Below are positions 33,581 through 42,308 of a stretch of 51,566 nucleotides of DNA, one piece after another. The DNA lies in NCBI GenBank assembly GCA_016934555.1, contig JAFGSS010000018.1, positions 1-51,566 on the forward strand, in the 5' to 3' direction. The DNA is from Acidobacteriota bacterium. GTDB taxonomy: Bacteria > Acidobacteriota > UBA6911. Under the pieces are notes generated by a model. The model saw only the letters and a list, made by a program, of their open reading frames with translations, was not told the DNA's origin and made no database searches. How positions within the stretch are numbered: position 1 is the first letter of the stretch; the number at the start of each line of letters is the position of its first letter. The position numbers and the translations under genes are program-made.

Positions 33581-34963
33581 CTACAGGTCCACCGGGCGGA
33601 TGATGCCCTCCTTCATCTTGACTTCGGTCTCCCGGCGCGCCCGGCTGATCATGAGATCGGCCTGCCGGTAGAGCTGGTCGCGGGTCAGGATTTTGCGGGC
33701 GACCCCCTGCTCGATGGCCTTCAACCCGACGGCCACCGCTTCCCGGACAAAGACGTTGGGCTCGTCCATCTTGGGGACGATGGAGTCCTCCCGCAGCCCC
33801 CGGTCCTCCGCGCATTTCGCCAGCTCCGTGGCCGCGGCGATGCACATCCCGTCGGTGATGGTCGAGGCGGCGACATCGAGCGCACCGCGGAAGATCCCGG
33901 GAAAACCGAGGGAATTGTTGATCTGGTTTGGGAAATCGCTCCTCCCGGTTCCCACCACACGGGCGCCCGCCTCGTGGGCGTCCCATGGCCACATCTCCGG
34001 GATCGGGTTGGCGGTCGTAAATACGATGGCGTCCCTGGCCATGCCGGCGACCCATTCCTTCCGGATGGTGTCCGGCCCGGGGGTGGAGGCGGCCGAGAGC
34101 ACGTCGGCCCCGGCAATCGCTTCCGCCGCCCCGCCGACCAGCTGGTCGCGGTTGGTGATCTGGCACATCTCCCATTTTTCCCGGTAGACCCCCCGGAGCT
34201 CGGTGCGCCCCTTGTGCAAGGTGCCCTTGCTGTCCACGAAGATCAGGTTCCCCGGCTTGGCGCCGTAGGCCATGTAGAGCGCCCCGATGCGGATGTTGGC
34301 CGCCCCGGACCCGACCAGGGTGATTTTGACGTCCTCGATCCGCTTGCCGACGATTTTCAGTGCGTTGATCAACCCCGCCAGGCACACGGTCGCCGTCCCC
34401 TGCTGGTCGTCGTGCCACACCGGGATCCGGCAGCGACGGCGCAGCTCCGCGAGGATCTCGAAGCACTTCGGCTGAGCGATGTCTTCGAGGTTGATCCCCC
34501 CGAAGGACGGCTGCAGCACCTCCACCGTACGGATGATCTCCTTGGGGTCCTTGGTGTCGATGCAGATCGGGAACGCATCCACCCCGCCCAGGTATTTGAA
34601 CAGGATCCCCTTCCCTTCCATGACGGGGAGACCCGCTTCCGGCCCGATGTCGCCCAGGCCCAGGACGCGGGTGCCGTCGCTCACCACCGCGACCATGTTC
34701 CCCTTGTTCGTGTGCTCGTAGACTTTTTCGGGGTTCCGGTGGATATCCTTGCAGACTTCCGCGACGCCCGGGGTGTACCAGATGGCAAAATCATCGAAGT
34801 CGCGGATGCAGCACTTCGGCGAGGTCTCCAGCTTCCCCCTGTAATAGGGGTGCAGCTTCATGGCATCCTCGGCCGGCTTGTAGGCTTTGGCCAGCAGTTC
34901 CTCCTTGGTCATGCGTTTCGGTTCCGGTGCTTTCGCCGCGTCCCCGGGCGATTGGTCGTTCAT
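33581..34963 (-). CDS. Malic enzyme (short NAD(P)-dependent type, no PTA domain)
   Basis: WYTPGVA, SDGTRVLGLGDIG, PVMEGK, INLEDI, HDDQQGT, GSGAA, ANPIPE, GRSDFPNQINN. ATG 34963 follows GGAGG. Confidence 0.93.
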   Translation of the reverse strand: MNDQSPGDAAKAPEPKRMTKEELLAKAYKPAEDAMKLHPYYRGKLETSPKCCIRDFDDFAIWYTPGVAEVCKDIHRNPEKVYEHTNKGNMVAVVSDGTRVLGLGDIGPEAGLPVMEGKGILFKYLGGVDAFPICIDTKDPKEIIRTVEVLQPSFGGINLEDIAQPKCFEILAELRRRCRIPVWHDDQQGTATVCLAGLINALKIVGKRIEDVKITLVGSGAANIRIGALYMAYGAKPGNLIFVDSKGTLHKGRTELRGVYREKWEMCQITNRDQLVGGAAEAIAGADVLSAASTPGPDTIRKEWVAGMARDAIVFTTANPIPEMWPWDAHEAGARVVGTGRSDFPNQINNSLGFPGIFRGALDVAASTITDGMCIAAATELAKCAEDRGLREDSIVPKMDEPNVFVREAVAVGLKAIEQGVARKILTRDQLYRQADLMISRARRETEVKMKEGIIRPVDL

Positions 34964-35200
34964 GATTCTCGGTCCTCCCTCATGCGGCGGGGTGCCGGCG
35001 CGCCGCGGTCGAACCGTGCCCGGCGCACGCACATCCCCCATTAAATCTACTAATCGGATGCTGTATCGGGATAATATCCCTTTATCACAATACTATCGCG
35101 CCGCGGGGGAATGCAAGGCCCACCCTCGGGGCCCTGCGTGGGCCCCGGGCCGGCAGGGGAGCCGGCCCGGAAGGGGCCCGCGAACGGGGAGACGATCGCC

Positions 35201-37582
35201 TCATTCCGACCGGGATTCGGCCGACGGCGTCGGGCGGAGCCCCATGTACTCGAGCATGCCGCGCGCCGCGCGCCGTCCGGCACCCATCGCCAGGATCACC
35301 GTGGCCGAGCCGGTCACGATGTCGCCCCCGGCGAAGACTCCGGGGACGCTCGTCATGCCCGTCCGCTCGTCCACCTCGATGTACCCCCAGCGGTTCACCT
35401 TGAGTCCCGGCGTGCTCTGGGCGATGATGGGGTTGGCCGTGGTCCCCAGCGCGTAAACGACCATGTCCACGTCGAGCATGTACTCGGACCCCTTTTTCGG
35501 GACCGGGCTCCGGCGGCCCGAGGCGTCGGGCTCCCCCAGTTCCATCTCGATGACCTCCATCCCGGTGACCCACCCCTGGTCGTTGCCGAGGATGCGCACC
35601 GGGTTGGTCAGCCATTTGGCGATGATGCCCTCCTCCAGGGCGTGGTGCAGTTCCTCGGCCCGGGCCGGGGACTCCTTGATGCTCCGGCGGTAGACCAGGT
35701 ACACCTTCTCGGCCCCCATGCGCAGGGACACCCTCATCGCGTCCATGGCCGTGTTCCCGGCCCCGATCACGGCCACGCGCCGGCCCATCCCCACCGGCGT
35801 GTCGTACAGAGGCTGCCGGAAACCCTGCATGAGGTTGACGCGCGTCAGCAGTTCGTTGGCGCTGACCACCCCGTTGTAGGCCTCGCCCGGGATCCCCATG
35901 AATTTGGGGCTGCCCGCGCCGGTGGCGATGAAGGCCGAGTCGCAGCCCATTTCACCCAGGAGCTGGGGAATGGTGAACAGCTTGCCGATGATGCAATCGA
36001 GCTCGAACTTGACCCCCAGCCGGGCGAGGTTCTCGATCTCGATGTCGATGATGTCGTTCGGAAGGCGGAATTCGGGGATGCCGTACTTCAGCACGCCGCC
36101 GGCCACGTGCAGGGCTTCGTAGACGGTGACGTCCACCCCCGCCTTGACGAGGTCCCCGGCGCAGGCCAGGCTCGCGGGACCGGAGCCGACGACGGCCGCC
36201 TTCTTCCCCGTCTTCACGAATTGCGGCGGCTTGTCCCACCCCCGGCCCGCGGCGAAATCGGCGACGAAGCGCTCCAGGCGGCCGATGGCGACGGGTTCCA
36301 GCTTCCGGCCGATGATGCAGGTGGCTTCGCACTGCACCTCCTGCGGGCAGACCCGGCCGCACACGGCGGGGAGCGCGTTGGAGTCCTTCAGGATCCGGTA
36401 CGATTCCCTGATGTCCCTGCGGGCCAGGGCGCCGATGAAGCCCGGGATGTCGATCTCCACCGGGCAGCCGGGCACGCACTGCGGCTTCTTGCACTGCAGG
36501 CAGCGGTCGGCCTCGCAGAGCGCCATCTCCAGGGTGTACCCCCGGGCCACCTCCTCGAAATTGCCGGCGCGCACCACGGGGTCCTGTTCCGGCATCGGGG
36601 TGCGCACGGGGGCGATCGTCTTGATGTTCTTGGGCACCCGGGCCTCGGCCGCTTCCGCGGGCACGGGGGTGGGAGGCGCTTCGGCGATCGGCGGCCGGCT
36701 GCGCGACACGGGGATCGCCGGATTCTCCCCGCCCGGGCCGAGCGACGCAAGCTTCCGGCGCTCCTCCTCGTAGCGCGTCAGGCATCCCTTCTCCTCGCAT
36801 TCGAAACGCTTCTGCCGGAGCATCAGCTCGTCGAAATTGACCTGGTGCCCGTCGAAATCGGGCCCGTCGACGCAGGCGAATTTCATCCGCCCGCCAACGG
36901 TGACCCTGCAGGAGCCGCACATGCCGGTCCCGTCCACCATGATGGAGTTGAGGCTCACCATGGTGCGGATGCCGTAGGGGCGGGTCAGTTCCGAGCACGC
37001 CTTCATCATCGGCAGAGGCCCGATGGCAATCACCTCCTCGATGTCCTTGTGCTCCTCGAGCACCTGGGCGAGCACCACGGTGACGAAGCCCTTGGTCCCG
37101 TAGGAACCGTCATCGGTCGCCACCCGGAACTCGTCCGAATAGGCCGAAAAGCGGTCGGCCCAGAACATCAGGTCCCGGCTGCGGAAGCCGATGATGGAAA
37201 TCGTGGTGGATCCCAGCTCCTTGTGCCGGCGCAACTGCGGAAACACGGGGGCCACCCCCAGCCCCCCGCCCACGAGCACCGCCTTCTTCCGCCGCTCGAG
37301 GTGGGACTCCACCCCCAGCGGTCCGATGAAATCGATGATGGAGGAGCCCTCCGGGAGGGCCATCATCTGGTGGGTGGTTTTGCCCACCGCCTGCACCACC
37401 ACCGTGACGGTCCCCCGGCCGCGATCGAAATCGGCGACGGTCAGGGGGATACGCTCGCCGGTGTCGTCGATGCGCACCATGACGAAATGCCCCGGCTGGC
37501 ACGCCCTCGCCACGTCCGGGGCCTCCACTTCCCAAAGAAAGGTTACGGGCCCGAATTGCTCGCGCTTGACGATCCGATACAT
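35201..37582 (-). CDS. nfnAB: Fused NfnA-NfnB electron-bifurcating transhydrogenase (SudB/SudA-like)
   Basis: N-half: GERIPLT, GGGLG.AP, DGTGMCGSCR..FACVDGP [2Fe-2S]. Pro/Ala linker. C-half: RCLQC..PQC..GCP, CGRVCPQEVQCE, GSGPA, GAGNTAMD, FAGGD. Confidence 0.9.
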   Translation of the reverse strand: MYRIVKREQFGPVTFLWEVEAPDVARACQPGHFVMVRIDDTGERIPLTVADFDRGRGTVTVVVQAVGKTTHQMMALPEGSSIIDFIGPLGVESHLERRKKAVLVGGGLGVAPVFPQLRRHKELGSTTISIIGFRSRDLMFWADRFSAYSDEFRVATDDGSYGTKGFVTVVLAQVLEEHKDIEEVIAIGPLPMMKACSELTRPYGIRTMVSLNSIMVDGTGMCGSCRVTVGGRMKFACVDGPDFDGHQVNFDELMLRQKRFECEEKGCLTRYEEERRKLASLGPGGENPAIPVSRSRPPIAEAPPTPVPAEAAEARVPKNIKTIAPVRTPMPEQDPVVRAGNFEEVARGYTLEMALCEADRCLQCKKPQCVPGCPVEIDIPGFIGALARRDIRESYRILKDSNALPAVCGRVCPQEVQCEATCIIGRKLEPVAIGRLERFVADFAAGRGWDKPPQFVKTGKKAAVVGSGPASLACAGDLVKAGVDVTVYEALHVAGGVLKYGIPEFRLPNDIIDIEIENLARLGVKFELDCIIGKLFTIPQLLGEMGCDSAFIATGAGSPKFMGIPGEAYNGVVSANELLTRVNLMQGFRQPLYDTPVGMGRRVAVIGAGNTAMDAMRVSLRMGAEKVYLVYRRSIKESPARAEELHHALEEGIIAKWLTNPVRILGNDQGWVTGMEVIEMELGEPDASGRRSPVPKKGSEYMLDVDMVVYALGTTANPIIAQSTPGLKVNRWGYIEVDERTGMTSVPGVFAGGDIVTGSATVILAMGAGRRAARGMLEYMGLRPTPSAESRSE

Positions 37583-37697
37583 AGGCACCCTCGCACTGGT
37601 TTCCGGTCAGGGTTCAGAAGTGGGGCCAGTATAGCAAACGGCCGACGAGGGCAACAAGCGCATTCCGGGCGGCGGGAAGGCGGGGGCGGCGGAGGGG

Positions 37698-39497
37698 TCA
37701 GCGCGTGCGCACGCTGATGCCCAGCCAGCGCCCGGGCATGTCGACCCCGCGGATTTCCTGGTAGCCGCTGTCGAGCAGGTTGGTCCCCTCGACGGCGAGG
37801 GTGAAACGGGGGAAAGCCTTCTCCAGCGCGCCGTCGAGGATCCAGTAGCCGCGGCCGTCGGCCCGCCGCTTGTAGCGGAACGACTGCCGGGAACGGAGCC
37901 CGAGCGGAAGGGGAAAATGAAGGGCCGTAACCCAGCCGTGCCGCGCGTAGTCGAGCACGTACTTCGAGACGTAATCCACCGAACCCGCGTCGGACGCGAT
38001 CAGGCTGTAGCGCGTCTCCAGGCCCGCGCGCGGGCCCAGGGCGTGCCGGAGCCCGATTTCGATCCCCTCGGTGCGGAGGCTGCGGATGTTGGCGGTGCGC
38101 CATTTCTCTTCGGGCGCGGAGCGGATCCAGTCGATGACGCCGGTCTCCCGGCGGGAGAAGAGGGTGAGGGACCCGAGCCAGTCCGCGGCGGGGATGAAAT
38201 CGGCGCCCAGCTCGGCCGACCAGGCCCGTTCGGGCCCGAGCCGGGGGCTGGCCTCGTGATTCGGGTCGCGGTAGTGGAGTTCGGTGAAGGTGGGGATCCG
38301 GAACGCGCGGCCGATGGAGGAACGGAGCCGGATGCGCGGGGTGGCCCACAGGCTGCCGCTGAGAGAGGGGCTGACGGCGGAACCGAAGTTGGAGTAGTGA
38401 TCGAAGCGGAGCCCCGGGTAGACTGCCGCCCGCTTCAGCGCGCTCCATTCGAGTTCGGCGAACAGGCTCGTTTTCGAGAAGGAGTGGTCCCCGAGGGTGC
38501 CGGAGGCGATCCAGTCCGCACCCGCCTCCCCCCCCAGCGTGAGGGCGGCCGCGTCGGCGAGGGACACCCGGGCCCTGGCCGACGCGCCCGCGGCATGGGT
38601 GCGGTGCCGGCTCTCGAAAAGGCCGGGGGAGCGGACGTCGTACAGGAACCGGTCCCCGTGGGTCCGATACCAGCCCCGGACGTCGACGCGGATCCCGGCG
38701 GCCGCCTCGCGGCTGCGGGACACGGAGACCAGCGTCTGGCTCGTCCATTCCCTGGAAGGGGCCGGCCCGTAGAAGCCGTCGGCGCCGAATTCCCGGTCGG
38801 CGTGGGACACCGCCAGGGTCGTGGAATTCCCGATCCGCGAACGGGCGGAGAGGGTCACGCCGCGGGAATCCCGGTCGGGCCGGAATCCCGAGGAACGGCC
38901 GGCGGTGACGCTGAAGGACTGCCGGAGCGCCCCCTTTTCAAATCCCGCGGAGAGGGAGCCCTCGGCCAACCCGTGCATCCCGAGGCGGACGCCCGCGCCC
39001 GCGCCCGGGCGGAAGCCGCGCGTGATGATGTTGACGGTGCCGCCGAAGGCGTCGGCCCCGTAGATCGAGGAACCGGGCCCCAGCAGGACCTCGATCCGCT
39101 CGATCTCGTCCATGGGGACGGGGATATCGGTGTTGTGGTGCCCCGTCTGGGAATCGTTGAGCCGCACCCCGTCGACCAGGACCAGCACCTGCGAAAACGA
39201 AGACCCGCGCAGCCTGAGGTCCGCCTGCATGCCGAACGGGGCGCGGGAACCGACGTCGGCGGAAAGGGCGTGGGCCAGGATGTCGGGAACGGAGTGCACC
39301 GGGAGATCCGCGATCTCCTCCCGGGTGAGGACCGTCACGGTCCTCGACAGGTTTCCGAACGGGACCGGGTAGGCGTTGGCCGTCACCACCACCTCTTCGT
39401 CGGACGGATCCCCGGCGCCCATCAGGGAATCGGTGCAAAGAGGAGAAGCCGCCAGGAGGGAGAGAAAAAAGGGGACAACCGGAAAGCGAAACTCCAT
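37698..39497 (-). CDS. TonB-dependent outer-membrane receptor (BtuB-like plug/barrel; substrate unknown)
   Basis: EEVVVTA TonB box, VLVLVDG, IERIEVLLGPGSSIYGADAFGGTVNIIT, AFRIPTFTEL, NLLDSGY..MPGR. Confidence 0.9.
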   Translation of the reverse strand: MEFRFPVVPFFLSLLAASPLCTDSLMGAGDPSDEEVVVTANAYPVPFGNLSRTVTVLTREEIADLPVHSVPDILAHALSADVGSRAPFGMQADLRLRGSSFSQVLVLVDGVRLNDSQTGHHNTDIPVPMDEIERIEVLLGPGSSIYGADAFGGTVNIITRGFRPGAGAGVRLGMHGLAEGSLSAGFEKGALRQSFSVTAGRSSGFRPDRDSRGVTLSARSRIGNSTTLAVSHADREFGADGFYGPAPSREWTSQTLVSVSRSREAAAGIRVDVRGWYRTHGDRFLYDVRSPGLFESRHRTHAAGASARARVSLADAAALTLGGEAGADWIASGTLGDHSFSKTSLFAELEWSALKRAAVYPGLRFDHYSNFGSAVSPSLSGSLWATPRIRLRSSIGRAFRIPTFTELHYRDPNHEASPRLGPERAWSAELGADFIPAADWLGSLTLFSRRETGVIDWIRSAPEEKWRTANIRSLRTEGIEIGLRHALGPRAGLETRYSLIASDAGSVDYVSKYVLDYARHGWVTALHFPLPLGLRSRQSFRYKRRADGRGYWILDGALEKAFPRFTLAVEGTNLLDSGYQEIRGVDMPGRWLGISVRTR

Positions 39498-39510
39498 GGT
39501 TCGATACGGC

Positions 39511-39538
39511 CGGGGTCCGGGCTTCGGCCCGGACCCCG
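39511..39538. other. Perfect 12-bp stem-loop between trpB2 and the TonB receptor
   Basis: CGGGGTCCGGGC-TTCG-GCCCGGACCCCG; no U tract. Confidence 0.7.
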
Positions 39539-39549
39539 TCGGCGCGACG

Positions 39550-40860
39550 TCAGGCCTTCATGTCCATCTCACCGGAAAGGTAGGATTCGTAGGCCGCCAG
39601 GTCGAAGTGGCCATGGCCGGAGAGGTTGAAGAGAATGACCTTCTTTTCCCCGGCTTCGCGCGCCTCGAGCGCATGGACGACGGCGCTGTGGATGGCGTGG
39701 GCGCTTTCGGGCGCGGGAATGGTCCCCTCGCACTGGGCGAACCGGAGGGCGCTCGCGAAACAGTCCCCCTGGTTGTAGGCTTCCGCCTCGATGAACTTCC
39801 CGGCCAACAGGTGGCTCACGAGGGGGGCGGAACCGTGGTAGCGCAATCCGCCGGCGTGAACCGGGGGGGGGATGAACTTGTGCCCCAGCGTGTGCATCAT
39901 CATCAGCGGGGTGTTGCCCGCCACGTCCCCGAAGTCGTACTCGCGCGGCCCCTTGGTCAGCGTGGGGCAGGAGAGCGGTTCCACGGCGATCACCCGCATC
40001 TTCGATTCGGTCCCTTTCAGGCGCCCCTTGAGGAAGGGGAACGCCAGGCCGGCGAAATTGCTCCCGCCCCCGTGACACCCGATCACGTAATCGGGGTATT
40101 CGCCCGCCATCTCCATCTGCTTCATCGCCTCCTGGCCGATGATGGTCTGGTGGAGCAGGACATGGTTGAGCACGCTCCCGAGGGCGTACTTGGTGTCGTC
40201 CCGCTTGACGGCGTCCTCGACCGCCTCGGAGATGGCCAGGCCGAGGCTTCCGGGGGAATCTGGTCTTTCGGCCAGGGCCTGGCGTCCAGCCTCCGTCAGT
40301 TCGGAGGGGCTGGGGACGATGGTTCCCCCGTAGGCGTTGACCATGATCCGGCGGTACGGCTTCTGGTCGTAGCTGACGCGCACCATGTAGACCATGCACT
40401 CCAGCCCCATCAGCTTGCAGGCGCACGCCAGCGCGCACCCCCACTGCCCGGCGCCCGTCTCGGTGGCCAGGCGCTTGACCCCCTCCTGCTTGTTGACATA
40501 CGCCTGCATCAGGGCCGTGTTGAGTTTGTGGCTCCCCACCGGGCTGACGTGCTCCGACTTGTAGTAGATGTGGGCCGGGGTGTCCAGGGCCGCCTCCAGG
40601 GTGCGCGCGCGGTAGACCGGGCTCGGACGGTAGAGGCGGTAGATGTCCCTCACCTGGTCGGGAATCTCGACCGTAGGCTCCAGGGTCACTTCCTGCTGGA
40701 TCAGGCCCATGGGAAAGATCGGGGCCAGATCCTGGGGACCGATCGGCTCCCGGGTGCCGGGATGCAGCGCCGGGGCTAGCGGAGTCGGCAGATCCGCCTG
40801 GATATTGTAAAAATGCGTGGGAATCTCGGATTCCGGAAGAGTGATCTTGGTATCGGTCAT
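39550..40860 (-). CDS. trpB2: TrpB2-type tryptophan synthase beta chain (no adjacent trpA)
   Basis: IP..FYNI.ADLP, RPSPV.RA..LE..LDTPAHIYYK, GSHKLN, ETGAGQWG, GSVLNHV, HAGGLRYHG, NLSGHG. ATG 40860 follows AAGGAG. Confidence 0.95.
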   Translation of the reverse strand: MTDTKITLPESEIPTHFYNIQADLPTPLAPALHPGTREPIGPQDLAPIFPMGLIQQEVTLEPTVEIPDQVRDIYRLYRPSPVYRARTLEAALDTPAHIYYKSEHVSPVGSHKLNTALMQAYVNKQEGVKRLATETGAGQWGCALACACKLMGLECMVYMVRVSYDQKPYRRIMVNAYGGTIVPSPSELTEAGRQALAERPDSPGSLGLAISEAVEDAVKRDDTKYALGSVLNHVLLHQTIIGQEAMKQMEMAGEYPDYVIGCHGGGSNFAGLAFPFLKGRLKGTESKMRVIAVEPLSCPTLTKGPREYDFGDVAGNTPLMMMHTLGHKFIPPPVHAGGLRYHGSAPLVSHLLAGKFIEAEAYNQGDCFASALRFAQCEGTIPAPESAHAIHSAVVHALEAREAGEKKVILFNLSGHGHFDLAAYESYLSGEMDMKA

Positions 40861-40889
40861 GGCCTGTTCTCCTTTTAATGGAAACTGCG

Positions 40890-40918
40890 AGCATAACACA
40901 GGACGGACCGGACGTCAG
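40890..40918 (-). promoter_or_regulatory. Promoter for trpB2
   Basis: Minus strand CTGACG-N17-TATGCT with extended TG. Confidence 0.5.
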
Positions 40919-41034
40919 CGGGGATTATGCCGCTGCGGCGATTTCCGGTCCCCCTCCAAGCCGGAATCCCGAGTGTCCCCTTTTGCTCTCCCCTGGGTAT
41001 TTCTACCATCTCGAAAATGGGTAATTGCACGAAT

Positions 41035-41063
41035 TGAACCCGCCCCCCCTTCCGGAGTGTAAT
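41035..41063 (+). promoter_or_regulatory. Candidate promoter for the structured RNA (ECF-like or weak sigma70)
   Basis: TGAACC-N16-GTGTAA (ECF-like AAC/-35 and GT/-10), or TTGAAC-N18-TGTAAT. Confidence 0.4.
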
Positions 41064-41067
41064 GGAG

Positions 41068-41339
41068 GCGCAGACCAGGAAAGAACAACTTTCCCGGCGG
41101 ACTCTATCGCCGCCGGGACAAGGTTGTGGGGATACGGTTCCCGGGTCCGGTTTTCCTGGGGGGGGGCCGGACACGGGAACCATCCCCACGCGAGTGTCAC
41201 GCAAGTGACACGGGCAGAAAGAAGCGCGAACCAACCCACCCCCTGAACCGGCGGTCCTGTCCCCGCAGGACCGTTCCCGCCTGATGAACCTGCTGCGAAC
41301 ATGGGGCTCCGGCCGCCAGGCCGGGGCCCTCTTCTTTTT
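41068..41339 (+). ncRNA. Candidate novel structured ncRNA (~270 nt)
   Basis: 5'/3' closing helix, four internal hairpins including a GCAA tetraloop, + strand U-tract terminator, no convincing ORF. I recognise no known family. Confidence 0.6.
41304..41339 (+). terminator. Intrinsic terminator oriented on + strand
   Basis: GGGCTCCGGCC-GCCA-GGCCGGGGCCC followed by TCTTCTTTTT. Confidence 0.75.
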
Positions 41340-41350
41340 GGCAGCAGGCG

Positions 41351-42304
41351 TTATCGCAGGCTCCGGATGTAGTCCACCATCCGCCGGAGTTCCTCGTCCG
41401 TCATCACGGTTTCGGGCATGGCGGGGGGGTACCCCCGGGTGATTTCGGCGGCGGGGTCCACGATCGCCCGCCGGACGTAATCGTCATCGATCATCACGGC
41501 GCGCTCCCTTCCGTCCCGGTCCAGGACCGCCCCCTCCCTGCCGTAAATCCCCTTCAGGGTGGGGCCGACCATGGGGCTTCCGTCGACCGAATGGCACTCG
41601 GTGCACGACTTGCGGTTCAGCAGCTCCAGGGCCGATTCCGGGGCCGGGGCGGGAGCCGGGGAAGCGGGTTTCAGGAAGCGTGCAGGAATGTCGTCCTCCT
41701 CGCCGAAGTACCAGGCTTCAAAACCCTCGACCGGGACGACCACGGCCTTGGCGTTCATGATCGCGTGGCTCACGCCGCAGATGACGGTGCATTCGATGTC
41801 GAAGGTCCCCAGCTGCGTCGGAACGAACCAGGTGTAATTCACCTTCCCGGGCACCACGTCCTGCTTGATCCGGAAAGCCGCGATGAAAAACCCGTGGATC
41901 ACGTCCAGGGAGTGGAGCTCGAGCTTCACCGGCCGGTCGGCCGCCAGCAGCAGGTGGGAGGTGCGCTTCCCGTTGGGATACCGGAAGGACCACGCCCACT
42001 GCCTCCCCGTGACCTCGATGACCATGGCGTCGCGCGGGACCTCGCGCATGTAGCTGTAGTTGGTCCACCCGTAGAGGAACATCGTGATGAAAATCAGCGT
42101 CGGGATCGCCGTCCAGGCGAACTCCAGCCATCCGTTCCCCTCGATGTCCACTCCCCGTGGGTGGCGCTTCCGGTTGTAGCGGATGACGAACCAGACCAGC
42201 GTGGCCGTAATGAAGACGAGGAAGACCGCGCTGAGCACGAGGATGAAGAGAAAAACCGCATCCACCCTTCCCGCGGCGCTTGAGGCTTGTGGAATGAACG
42301 GCAT
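41351..42304 (-). CDS. coxB: Cytochrome c oxidase subunit II with fused C-terminal cytochrome c (caa3 type)
   Basis: LEFAWTAIP, QWAWSFRYP, DVIHGF, CuA CTVICGVSHAIM, heme CTECH..GP.LKG, PPAMP. Confidence 0.93.
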   Translation of the reverse strand: MPFIPQASSAAGRVDAVFLFILVLSAVFLVFITATLVWFVIRYNRKRHPRGVDIEGNGWLEFAWTAIPTLIFITMFLYGWTNYSYMREVPRDAMVIEVTGRQWAWSFRYPNGKRTSHLLLAADRPVKLELHSLDVIHGFFIAAFRIKQDVVPGKVNYTWFVPTQLGTFDIECTVICGVSHAIMNAKAVVVPVEGFEAWYFGEEDDIPARFLKPASPAPAPAPESALELLNRKSCTECHSVDGSPMVGPTLKGIYGREGAVLDRDGRERAVMIDDDYVRRAIVDPAAEITRGYPPAMPETVMTDEELRRMVDYIRSLR

Positions 42305-42308
42305 GGCT

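Noticed and set aside
41062-41208. 48-aa + strand ORF (MEAQTRKEQLSRR...) inside the structured region
   Set aside because: The ATG overlaps the putative -10, the composition is Pro/Gly low-complexity, and the ORF is buried in stable hairpins. It is kept only as an alternative to the ncRNA model.
41003-41302. 99-aa minus-strand ORF with 5 Trp upstream of trpB2 as a trp leader peptide
   Set aside because: It has no tandem Trp codons, is too long, and has no minus-strand U-tract terminator before trpB2. trpB2 also has its own proximal promoter candidate.
40861-41340. Known RNA identity (6S, RNase P, tmRNA, SRP, T-box, cobalamin/lysine/c-di-AMP riboswitch)
   Set aside because: Only fragmentary resemblances were seen (ATGTTCGCA, CCCCTGAACC, GAGGCGC) and the diagnostic cores were not found by eye. 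A divergent 6S cannot be excluded without cmscan.
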